A stretch of 64,000 nt of DNA from Botryllus schlosseri (lineage: Eukaryota): positions 29,080,001 to 29,144,000 of the forward strand of contig CM119371.1 in assembly GCA_051294905.1 (NCBI GenBank), given 5' to 3'. The notes under the pieces are model-generated. The model saw nothing but the letters and a program-made list of their open reading frames with translations. It made no database searches and was not told the origin of the DNA. The position numbers were made by a program, and so were the translations under genes. This document shows positions 37,647-48,809 of this stretch, one piece after another; position 1 is the first letter of the stretch, and the number at the start of each line of letters is the position of its first letter.

Positions 37647-38902
37647 CAGGGGCGGGCAACTTCTCCAGTCGGCGGGCCGGACATAGGAAAATTAAGTACT
37701 CGGCGGGCCGGATTGCTGAGTCGATACATTATTGACCCATTTATCCACATGAATGTATTTTAACGGCAACATTGTCACTTCAAAGCCATTTCTCGCCGAT
37801 AATGACGAAGGCAATGTGGATTTGAGAATAGTATTGTCATACAGGCGCCGCCATGCGTGTTGCTCTCTGATCAATCAATGCACGGTGCAACAGTGGCGAG
37901 ATAGCGTACTGGTATAATCCATAGCCATAACACCAATGGGTGTGGGTTCGAGTCCGACCGGGGTCGACTCCAGAAATACTACCTAAGTGTTGGAGGTTTG
38001 TCTAGGCGTCACAATATCAAACTCCGTTACAATTTAACATTCCAGGCTGATTTTTTGGGGGGGTTCCAGGACCACGAGCAGATTTAAATTTATATTTTCG
38101 CAATCAGTACCGCGGTAGCTTTCGATTGATCCTCGTTTTATCAAATTTCGCGCTTGGCAAGCCGGTCAAAAGTTACCGTGAAATTGTCTTAGGCCAAATT
38201 GAAAGTGTGACGTAGACCAATTTCACTGAGCCGTGAGATTTGCTTGTGTCCACACCATATAGGACACTATGGTGCACTCCTTAATTAAGATTTCGAGGCA
38301 TTCGATAAGCCCGGTAGCCTACCCCAAATTTACCAACATATCAATTCATTAGGGTTGAGTAGGTGACGAGATAGCGTCGTTGTTGAACTGTGTGGCCTAA
38401 TTAATCTCGATATTGAATTTATGCGGCCCGCGTCCTCTATACGAAATTTGAAAAGTGACCCGCGACCCATTTTGAGTTGGCGACCCCTGGCATAAGCGGT
38501 GCCTTACAAAAGCCTAGGAGTGTGCCGTGCTACAAGTCGGCGGTTACGGAATCAAAAATATGAAATAGCAGTCTGGTGTAAATGACCATTGTAGTCGACA
38601 AACACCATGATTACCACAGACGACATTAGGGTTGAGTACATCGTAAATGCCAATAATGCAAGTCTTCTCGCTTCGACGAACTTACACGTTAGCTCCACTC
38701 TCGCACGCTGCGCATACTGCGCATGCACGTATATAAAAACATACAGTCACTGAAATTTGACATAGCAAGCAAGTAGTGGGGAATATCGCTTGACTGGGGA
38801 CGCAGACCACATTATCATGCAAGACGGAAAACTGCCCGCGGGCCGGACAAAATCCCTTCGCGGGCCGGATCCGGCCCGCGGGCCGTATGTTGCCCACCCC
38901 TG
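37647..38902. mobile_element. hAT (Charlie-like) element nested in the SINE
   Basis: TIRs caggggcgggcaac / gttgcccacccctg; perfect TSD ttgtaggg. Confidence 0.9.
37893..38640 (+). mobile_element. Second family-2 SINE copy, itself interrupted at ~37990-38490
   Basis: Head gtggcgagatagcgtactggt...ggttcgagtcc; body resumes with aagcggtgccttacaaaagcctag at ~38494; a body fragment also occurs near 5690-5730. Confidence 0.75.
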
Positions 38903-41474
38903 TTGTAGGGTGATTGTCGACTACTATGGTCATCTACACCAGGACCAGGCCGATATTCTTCTTATTTTCCGTAACTGCCGACTTATAGCACGGCCCACCT
39001 CTAGGCTTTTGTAAGACACCGCTGACGCGGATGAAGTGGCGAGGAGGACCCTAGGTATCGGAATTCGGAAGTCGACCTCGGTCGGACTCGAACCCGCACC
39101 CATTGGTGTTGCAGCCGCGGATTATACCACTGCGCTATCTCGCCACCTTGCTGCCGACGTGCTACTATCGAATGTGTGTGGTGTGGGGCAGGGCTGATAC
39201 GCAGTAGGCTGGTGCGCCTGCTATCATCGCTGATCTCAATTACCGCTTCTGCAGCAGTAGCTTTACCTAATCTCTCCCCAATACTGTTACATTTAGGTTG
39301 ATTATCGTTCGTAATGTCATGCTGTTTTTAGGTTGACACTAAATAAATTCCAATTTGCGTGGCGGGCGGCCTAACTGGCTGCGAATAGACTCTGTGACCA
39401 AATACTATTTTATTCAAATCCAAAGTTTTTGACGGCAATAACTCCGCTTCTGCTGGTTGGAATTGAATCAAATTTGAAGAACATCGTTTTTATAGACAAC
39501 CTGATACTTTCATGGGGTGAACAGAAAAATTTCAAATTTTTCGTTATTTATTTTAATAGATAAATAGAAACTTTCTTCCCCCGTAGCAACGCGGCTACTG
39601 GTTGGAATTGAACCAAATTTGGTATGTAGGCTTAAGTTAGATAACCTAACAATTTTATCAAGTAGCCAGTACGATTTGAGAAAAAAAGTCATTTTTGAAG
39701 ACCCCTAATGAACAGGGGTGTACGAGTTTTGAGCGAACGTTAAAAGGGTGTACCACGTCGAAAAAGGTTGAAGAGCACTGGGTTACACTACAGGAATAGG
39801 CGAACAAGTACAATATGGGACATAACTATGACTAGATCAGTTTCAATTATTATGGATGCTCGGGATATTAGCGACAACACCACGCGATAGATACACGACA
39901 GCACATTATTGATGCATTACGAACTGACTTACTACATACAACACGCAGAATAACTTGAAAACCAAGTGTACAATTCAATCAGTCGTACTGTTCCGTGCAT
40001 CAATCTATTATATACTATATCAATACAACAACCCTGACCATGATATGTAGGCAAGTGCACAGCAACAGGCGAATCAAGTACATGATGGATGCTCAGGTGT
40101 TTGTGGCAGCAGCCGATGATAGATAAAGACGACAACATATATTCGCTTACATATGGCAATGGATACATGTGCGGCAGCACGTGAATGTACAGATTATGGT
40201 ACCTATGATATATACGCTTGACAACAATGTAGCATCAGCATTGACCTTGTTGAAAAACAGTACGAGACTGAACGAAAGAACAGTATGAGAATGTACCAGT
40301 AATATGCTATTGCAATCAGTAATAGGCTATTGCAATAACGCAATAATAATATATGGTGTGACGTTGTCATGTGACATAAGTTAAATGTGATGCCACTGTC
40401 CAGCGTGTTTAGAAACATACCGCTTAATTAGTTTGATCTTTGATCGCATCTGTTCAAACAGTAACGATTCATCTTTTGCATCAATATATCTGTATACAGT
40501 GCACTCAGCAACGAACCGTTTTCGAACAAAAAGGACTGTATATCATCAGGGGCCAAGATAATCCTCTTGATAAGATCGACGGTCAGACGTGGAGCTGTAC
40601 GTGTTTTCCATTGACTGTTGTAAATGTCGTTCGCCCTGGCGTCCACATCGTTGTCTGCAAAAGCACATTACTGCTATGAGGAGGATGTTGTCGGATTATG
40701 TGCGCTGCGACTCGTCGTTCATCCGAGTCGGAATGGTTCATATTTGGTAATGGAACACCGATGGAATAAGGTATTGCTTAATTGGTCGTCCTGCTCGAGG
40801 CGACATTGGCAATATATCGGATATTGCAAAATTTAAGTTGAATGATATCAAAATGTGTGCTATTATTGTTTGCTTATGAGGCAAGACAAGACATTCATAA
40901 TGATAACTTAAATTGTCAATGTATAATGCGTTAAGAGTAGCAACAGAATTTATGTTTGGATGCATATTATATTCCGTGCACAATATACAGCAATTGATCG
41001 TCAAAATAGAAATATAGACATAGAAATATGTAGTACGTACGTACGTACACCGGACTAAGATTTGTAATTTTGTACTTGTCAAATAAAACATTACGGTTTC
41101 TACAACAAAGCATTAAAAATCATCAGCCGGTGATGCATATCATAACCTGAACCAAGCCGTTTTTGCCGTATCTCGTAAGTCGTAACGGCAGCTTGCTGTA
41201 AATTATCTGTATCAAGTTAAAAGCATAATTTTATGTTCTTTTCATCTTATTCTTATATGAATCTACTTGAAACGGGTAATGTTTTTACTCAACATTGGGA
41301 CCTGCCGCCATAGCCATGGGTTCATATATCATGTTAGCGTGGATTGTAGCTCAAATCAGGACCAAAACAGCAATTCGTCCCCCAGTCCAAACGTTGGTAT
41401 TTATCCCCCAAAGGATGATATCTTCAAGTTGAAGACTGAATTTTGTCATTAGTACTGGTAATTGCATTATATTA

Positions 41475-42230
41475 CACCGGTCCACACATATTTTTAGACA
41501 GACAAAGTAAGAGTGGTTTTATGGGTTCTGAAGGGCACTGATTCCGAATCTGACCGTAGTTTTTAAAAATTGGCTCTTGTTGTGGAGATAACCCAGGGGC
41601 TATTTTGACCAAAATCTCCTATTTTCGCGGTAATGACTAGATATAAAATCGGCTCAAGTTTAGAAATTCAATCTACTTGTTATTTTTACACACAGATGAC
41701 TATATTAAATCAAAATACAGCAACAGCACTAACTTTAGGGGTATTAGATTTATCATAGTAACATACGGATATCGTGTACATAAATAAACTCGAGTCATGT
41801 ATATAAGTATTTACGTAGATACTCGAATAACGTGGCATTAATTCAATCAGTTTTGCGTCAAACACCTATTGTGAATTTGAAATAATCAGTTGGAATGCAA
41901 TATTACTAATATTACTGGTATATTTTAAATCGAATGGTTTTTTTTGTACGATTTTCGCGTGTAAGCTGTTTAGTGCAGTTTCTCGAAAGGTTCCGGCAAT
42001 GGCGTGACATAATATGTTCAATGGTTCATCTCATCTGTCCTGGTATCTTTCTTTTGTTGTTCTGATGTCATTTTAGATCCTCTCCCCTTGCTAATCAACA
42101 AGATGATCGGGAAATTATCAAGATAACTGAACAGGAAGTGAACTTTTATGCTCATGTTTGTTCCAAGTTTTCGATATGCAGATACGAATTTTCGGACCAA
42201 CTGTTTGTATTTAGGTGCTTTCTAATCAGC
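41475..42230 (-). mobile_element. Chapaev3-like (CMC) transposon relic
   Basis: AYRKLGTNMSIKVHFLFSYLDNFP (MSxKxHFLxSHLDxFP-like) at 42018-42200; CACCG terminus preceded by TTA at 41475. Confidence 0.55.
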
Positions 42231-42337
42231 TAAAAAGTTTTATTTACTACATCTTAGGAGAAATTACATGCGGATTTTCAAACGCCACTGCTTATTATTA
42301 CGTCACAGGTATAGCTTTTCTCGACAGTAGCCTTATA

Positions 42338-44580
42338 CAGTGCTCTTCAACCTTTTTCGACGTGGTACACCGTTTTAACGTCTGCTCAAAACTCGTACAC
42401 CCCTGTTCACATAAAACAACCAGGTCGGTAATGGACTAATAATCTTAAGGATTAGCAAGCTATAGGAACTGCTAAATACTAATTAGGGCTCGAGATTATA
42501 CCGTACTAACTAATACAGGGGTTCTCAAAGGGTGGGGCATGGCCCACTGGTGGGCCACAAGAGCATTTGAGGTGAGCCCCAGAGCTATTTGGAAAATTTT
42601 AGAAATAAAGTAAGTTTAGTAAGTAATATTTGTTGTGTTAATCGCTAAAAAATAAATTCATATTAGTTTATTATACGTAGGCTACATAAAGCTTTTCATC
42701 CGAATCTGAGACGTAGCCTACGTAGTAGTATGTATGGAGTCAGCATTTAAAGTCGAAAATGGGAGGCAGAAACGGCGGCTTTTTCCACTGGCTGTGACTA
42801 CCTATGGCTAACAGCAACTAAAATAATTTCGCGTATAAAATTCCGTGGAAGGTAATGCTGAAGTAACCACGTAGTCTATTCCGGCAGGGTCATAATGTCG
42901 TATGCTGTCGAAAAGAGTGTGCAATAACCTCGGAATGAAGTGTAATTGATATAATGTACATTGACAGCATGCATGATAAGAAAATCTTCCTCCACTCCTC
43001 TGTAGTACCCCATTCACCAATGAATTGTTTGAAGCTGGCCCAGAATGAATATATAGGCCTACTATTTCCCTCAATAGTGGAACTAAAATCCCAATCACAC
43101 ACGGACGATCATAAAATACTGAGAATTTGTAGCATATGATCTATCAGAGACGTAACTGCCGCACCCAAACCCCCAGTTAGGGGAGCTAGAAGGGCCCAAG
43201 ATTATTTCGTTGGTCGTTTGTTGGAAGATATTCATTTAACTTGAAAATTTGCGTCGCGCTTGGCGCGACTTCATGCCCCGACATGTTTATATTTTAGTTT
43301 CATCAGTAAATAAGGAAAAAATTCGCTTATTTTAGAGTAATAGGCATATCGTCGACGTCGATTACCACGCATTGAACAATGACATGCTTTTAAGATTAGA
43401 GGTGGGCCGCAGCACATTTTCAAATCGGAAAATGGGCCATGGCCAAGTAAAGGCTGAGAACCCCTGATCTAATATATCGATACAGCGTAACGACACATAT
43501 CTGTTCCGTCACTTTTAAATATGTGTTGTACATGCTTTTTTAAATCTAAATTGTCTAGGCCAGTGGCTCCCAAACTGGGGGGCGCGCCCCCTTGGAGGGA
43601 GCGAAAGCTCGGAGGGGGGCGCGAAGCAGCGGTCAACTAAAGAAAAATTTCGCGCTTTGCGCGATTTACCTCCGATTCACGCGTGTTTCTCTATATATAC
43701 ACCGAAATTCATATTTTTTTAATTCTCTCATCAACAGGTATAATCTTCCATGCCACCACAAAATTTGTTGGAGTTGCTAGCATCCCGGTTGGATTTTGGG
43801 ATATGACGATAAGCGGGGTGCGAAAATTTTCACTATCCTAAATGGCGGCGTGTCTACAAAAGGCATATCAACATCCTTCATGCAATTTCTTTTTTTTTCG
43901 ATACAATTTGAACAAGTGCAGAAAATCCTTGCTCGCAAAGATATGTCGTAGGCATGCGAACAAGAATCGTTAGCGCTTTTCGACTCAGATTTTGATATTC
44001 CGGAATTTTTAGAAGTGTTTTAGTAATAGCTCAAATCAAGTACATGATTCAAAGTCTATTCAAAGCCAGTTAGGCCTCCCGCCACGCAAATTGGAATTAT
44101 TTCGTGTCAGCCCAAAAACAGCATGACATTACGAACGATAACTAACCTAAATGTAACAGTATTGGGGAGAGAGCAGGTAGAAAGCTACTGCTGTAGAAGC
44201 GGTAATTCAGACCGGCGATGATAGCAGGCGCACCACTAATAACAAAATACTAAATTGCTAATTTATGGCGAAATATTAGACATAAAATCGGCATTTCAAA
44301 TCAATAGAGTTTCGATTTCAACATGGAAGCAGTTTCGACCCTGGCTGGCTACGTCACTTTCATTTACGTGCATTGCGGCATTTATTAACGTTGGGTAGGA
44401 AGTATACCGATTCAAGAGGTCTGAGCTATCGCGGCGGTCTCCTCAAGAATCGCTAAAAGACAAATCGCTAGCTGAACACATGTTTGTTAACTGTATCCTT
44501 TCCAACACCCAAAGGAACCATTGGTCCATTGCCGACGGCTAAATGAATAGGAGAAATATTTGCTTATGACATCACAATCT
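42338..44580 (-). mobile_element. Inverted, rearranged second copy of the 37008-39780 element
   Basis: 42338-42410 = reverse complement of 39708-39780; 44070-44235 = rc of 39210-39372; 44235-44580 = rc of 37228-37553; the SINE-containing block is absent. Confidence 0.75.
42516..43466. mobile_element. hAT (Buster-like) composite element
   Basis: TIRs caggggttctca / tgagaacccctg; flanks aactaata / atctaata (7/8). Confidence 0.8.
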
Positions 44581-45269
44581 TGCGGTGTACAGTATTACAC
44601 TTGAGGTCAGAGATGCCACTCCTGGGTTTTTCCACCCAGATCTGGGTTTTTCTAGCATCACCTGGGTTTCTGGGTTTTTGTGCTTGAAATCTGGGTTTTT
44701 TTCAACATCATGTTTGTCAGGTCAATTTTACGGCGCAAAATTGATTTGGATTAGTAAGATCTTCTAATGTCGACGGATTCCACTGTGATTGAAACGGCAG
44801 AGTCCAAAGAGACCCATTTACTATTAAAATGAGAGGTCTTGGCGTGATGCGATAGAGCTTTATTGAATACTGACTACTAGGTCGCAAAAAGTCATGTTCA
44901 CAGGGCAACTCTGATTTAGGACTTGAATGCTACCGGTAGCGCTGCAACAAATTGTTGTGTGTCAGTAAATAGTATGTAACTGCTGTAAAGTATGCAATTT
45001 AAGCACATGGAAAGACCAATTGTTGATCTAACTAATTTACCGTGTTGACATCAGAGTATATTCGCTTTCAACAGGGACACTCAAAGAGAGACATTTTGGG
45101 CAACCGGGCTAGTTATTCAGAGTGAGAGGGGTTTGTTAAATCCAAATGTACTCTTAATTTCCTGATTTGGCAGTTTCTTTTTCGACTAAACATCCCAGAT
45201 AAAAGTGGGGATAGATGGGGATTAGCATTGTTACTAACATTACGAATATATAATACACTACGTATTGAC

Positions 45270-45365
45270 TAGAGGTCGACCGATATTGATTTTTACAGGC
45301 CGATACCGATACCGATATTTCGACGCTCACCAGGCCGATAACCGATATCATAGGCCGATATTAAT
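45270..45365 (+). mobile_element. Orphan hAT end with CCGATA subterminal repeats
   Basis: tagaggtcgaccgata followed by several ccgata motifs; no partner end found. Confidence 0.55.
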
Positions 45366-45661
45366 ATGGAAGGAGCAGAGAACTATTTCGCCAAAAATAT
45401 TATATATTAGGCAACGTGGCACTTGTTCGTGCCACAGAAAGGTGAACAACAAACGAGAAAACTGAAATCGAAAAGACTTATTGCTTAATTGTGAACATTC
45501 GTTGAAATTTGGGATAACCCGAAAATCAAAACGTTGTTGATTAGTTTTGAATGTTGTTAAATTGGTGACCTGCGGTCTGCTATATAGTCAAAAGATGTTA
45601 GCTTTGCCCAAACGTAGCAGACAAAACTAAAATTTATTTCTTGTGACGCATACACGAATTA

Positions 45662-46580
45662 TCATGTCTTCACGTGTCGCATCAATTTACTCTGTGGCTT
45701 TCTTTGGTAACACACTTTGTGGAGTCGAATGTTCGCCCAAACTAAATATTGCTGTTTCGACGGTGTTCCGGCTTCCGATGTCACGGCATTTGACGAGATT
45801 GCCGTATTTGACGTGGACGTTCCTTCAGAGGAACGCCGATTTAATTGCGACAACAGGTTCTTGCGAGCGATTGTCTCGCTGCTCGCGCTGTAGCTGTTCT
45901 TGTGGATGTAATCGACGTGTGCTACTTTAGCAAGCGTTTCCAATGACGGCTTTTTCCGAAATTCAGCGTTATGCGGTTTAATAGCTGACATCTCCGACAC
46001 TTTTAACGGATGATTCACAGCCCACATTGCGAGCCTCACTTGAATTGCCAACGAAAACATGGCGTTGGATGTTCGAACGTAGCTGTTCACGATATCCTTG
46101 AAGATGCCGCAATCTTCCGCTGGATTCAGCAAGTTCTTGAATCGTTTCAATCTAGCGGCACATTCGTTCTGGCTCATGTCCCGCCTCCTGTTTGGATTTT
46201 CGTTGTTATTCCAAAACACTTCAAGGACTTTGCTGAGCTCCTCCATTTTGCTGCTCCAGATGTTCTTGACGTCAGGGTTAGTCAAGCAACTCGCTTTCAG
46301 GTGTTATGTTTTTGCACTTAATGACCGTCTCGGCCAATTCGGACAGTGCGTATCCTGGTCTGTGAAGCCATTCGCAAGAAAAGGTTTGCAGACGTTTTTC
46401 GATAATCTCTGCGGTAAGCTCGTACGAATCCGTTGGATGTCCGTAAGGACGCAGAAAATCCTTCGGGAAGTGATAGTAGTACTTGATTTTCTCCTTCTCG
46501 CTTTTCGTTGGCGTTTTTTGAAACGGCCACCAGTTCGAAGCCACCAGACGAGTTATTGTCGCGAGTTCACAAGTATCCAC
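45662..46580 (-). pseudogene. ~300-codon gene of unknown function with one frameshift, directly downstream of the SF3 helicase relic
   Basis: Overlapping ORFs 46278-46580 and 45662-46285 with protein-like composition (FLRPYG...RLQTFSCEWLHRPGYALSELAETV; AMFSLAIQVRLAMWAVNHP; FRKKPSLETL); AATAAA at 45633-45638 (minus). Confidence 0.65.
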
Positions 46581-47104
46581 TAAGTTCCAGATGACGGCTT
46601 TCCTCTTTGTTCTGGAGAGCGTGACTTCACGTATGGTATTTGACCATGGTACCTACGACTGCCAGCACCTCGATAGGTTAGTGACGTCAGTGGTCAGCGT
46701 GAAGTCCTTTGAGCCCCTTCCCGTGTTTCATTTTTCACATAGTAGTTACCAATGCATCGCCTGCATTGGTGCTGTTTGCAGGCAAAACTTAACCGCATCA
46801 GAGTATGATAAATATGTAAAAGAACGGGGCACATCGGTAGTTATTCGCGGACAGGTCGGGCTAATGAGTTATGCGGCACTCCCCTTAGTGAGTTAGTTGG
46901 CAAGGCTGGCACGATATGTTTACTTCGGTGCGTAACGCCGGACAATGCCCAATATTGACTGCAAGACGCCGAGACGTCAGCCAGATGAGGCTTCGAATTG
47001 CAGCACGTTCGGTTAACACACAACAATGTCTTGGTTGTAATGGCTGTCCTGCGGTTCGTGTGAATCACCATCTTATAAAACACCGGGCTATGATGTAATG
47101 TTCC

Positions 47105-47640
47105 ATGTTTGATTGCAGCCATAATTCCGATGTTTTCTAAAACGAAAGGTCGGCGTCAACTTTAAAGATTCGGCTATTTGTCGACACAACTAGTTGGCCA
47201 ACACCACATGCATCCTGGGGCATATGCGTTCTGGGAAAAACAAAGTAGTAAGCAGTGTTTTGCCTGCTCCAGCCTCACCCTTGAGTAGTATGTGTGGTGA
47301 TTCCGCCACATCTTTACCTCGAGCCTCGATCGCAGCACAGAGCAAACAAACCAATGACTCGCTATCGTTTATTATATGTCCTTGCAGCGTTGCCTCCGTG
47401 ACAGATGTAGTCAATTAGTTGTTACAAATCTCAAGCGCGTGGGACAGCGTCATGTTGTTCTGTGCCCGCCTCTTCACCGATAGCTCAATTGCACGGATGT
47501 GACTAACCGAAACTATTTGTGGCCACTGTTGGTAACTGCGAGTTATGAACGTTGCAGGAGCCATGAATACCAGTTCGTCGCGCAAATAATGTCCTTCGCT
47601 TTCTTCGCGGGTCGTACCCGCCGCATAAGCTTGATGCGAA
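47105..47640 (-). pseudogene. Parvovirus NS1/Rep-like SF3 helicase relic, type 2, copy 2
   Basis: NWYSWLLQR/ITRSYQQWPQ, MTLSHALEI, PHILLKGEAGAGKT (Walker A at 47256-47279), DA.GVGQL, degenerate FKVD Walker B, IMAAIK. Confidence 0.7.
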
Positions 47641-47699
47641 ATCCCGTTGAGCTTTCCATGGGGCTTCAGTGCCAGTCTTTCAGGCCCGACATCTTGTCC

Positions 47700-48350
47700 G
47701 TGTTCGTGTCCTGAACGTGGATTTATTCCATTCAGTCCAGATATGAAAGCCCCCCTTTCACACAATGGAGGAGAGGACTCTCAAATCGTGGACTCCCGCG
47801 TCCTTGCACTTCAGAAGGATATCGGCGCTCTCTACGCACCATCCGCCAAGCCAGTTTAAAACAATGGCGCCGTGGACCACTCGGTCCACTTTCGCCCGGA
47901 CGTAATCCAAGTATTTATTCCCTCCGTCCGATATTTATCACTTTTCTTGCGGAATTCTGCCGCCAGGGTGGCATTATTCGCGACGATGGTAATGTCCACC
48001 ACCCTGGCGACCTTCTCATCCTTATTGATAAGGACGAGGTCGGGTTTAGGGAGTCCACTCTTCGTTTTGATATGTGGCTCCCACCAAGCTTCTTCGCCGT
48101 GCTTTTTAGCTTTATGCAAGACTAAGCGAGCGACGCGATCGTGGCGTCTAATTCGGGCGGCATGCGTCCTGGGGCACACTTATGTATGAGTATGTGCCCC
48201 AGCGACGCGATTCTTCCACAGCACTCGCAGCGTTTATCGACTTCGGGCGTCCCCTTGCATTTCCGGCCAGCATAGGCATGAGATTGCCACGAATTTCGAC
48301 CCCCCTATATAATTTCGCCCTATAAGGGGGGGGTGGTGCTCTTTCTATCC
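47700..48350 (-). mobile_element. R2-like retrotransposon C-terminus: zinc knuckle and restriction-like endonuclease
   Basis: CPRTHAARIRRHDRV, EPHIKTKSGLPKPDLVL..VVDITIV, KKSDKY, then IVLNWLGGW...DLRVLS...GGFHIW. Confidence 0.9.
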
Positions 48351-48708
48351 ACTCCTGCCTGCATTTATCGGTTGGCCTGTCGGAATTCTCAGCCTCCGAC
48401 TTTCCGCCAGTGGAACCGGTTTCGCTGCCGGAGCTTTCCGTTGAGGAGCTGTCGCTCGTGCTGACTAACAGCATCTTCTTCGGTTTGTTATACCCCGGCT
48501 TAACCGAAACGATCGCGACATCGCTGTCGCTACTCATGCTGTAGGCCGGTTCATCGTCATCGAGCAGCACGATCAATCTTTCTCGTTTTGCTTTTTCTCC
48601 CAATTTCATTCGCTCCATTTTGTTCGCCATTTGGCGATCTTGCCGTTCCCCGGACTCTTTGTCAAAGCCGCACATGGTGCAGAACCATTTATGATTACAA
48701 TTATCCAT
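48350..48708 (-). pseudogene. Small zinc-ribbon gene 1 (MDNCNHKWFCTMCG) with acidic/Ser-rich tail, fused to R2 sequence
   Basis: ORF 48148-48726; acceptor-like ttttcgcag lies 5 nt before the ATG at 48708. Confidence 0.5.
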
Positions 48709-48809
48709 TATATCTGCGAAAAACAAGATCTCATGTTATTCGTCAGGTTTTCGCTCGCCTTTCAGACGGGGGCCGGGTCGACGCCCGCTCATGCATTCCC
48801 CCGGCATAT

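Larger units (their letters stand above)
37625..39147 (-). mobile_element. tRNA-derived SINE (family 2) interrupted near its tail by a hAT element
   Basis: Minus strand: ggtggcgagatagcgcagtggt...gggttcgagtcc head; body to 38903; (acaa)n tail at 37625-37646. Confidence 0.8.
37008..39780. mobile_element. Composite non-autonomous hAT (Buster-like) element
   Basis: Perfect TIRs cagtgctcttcaacc / ggttgaagagcactg; perfect TSD ggttacac. Confidence 0.92.

Noticed and set aside
32866..39147. Functional tRNA genes at 32866, 37893 and 39147
   Set aside because: A and B boxes are present but there is no proper cloverleaf, and each continues into a SINE body
39850..41450. Possible decayed host exons (hydrophobic minus-strand ORFs)
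   Set aside because: No recognisable motif or consistent splice structure
46830..47105. RTAITTK as SF3 motif C
   Set aside because: This stretch does not align with either paralog and appears to be unrelated replacement sequence
47190..47414. NACHT/NLR NTPase call for GEAGAGKT
   Set aside because: Short Walker A-B spacing, the KVDD Walker B and VITTN in relatives fit SF3 better; no LRR or death-domain traces seen
47720..47760. GGFHIW as an HUH endonuclease motif of the Rep-like gene
   Set aside because: It is in frame with IVLNWLGGW...DLRVLS, the C-terminus of the R2-like ORF, so it belongs to the retrotransposon. No HUH domain was found.
48148..48726. 192-aa ORF as one intact protein
   Set aside because: It is a chimera: the last ~65 codons are frameshift-scrambled R2-like sequence shared with 24997-25140
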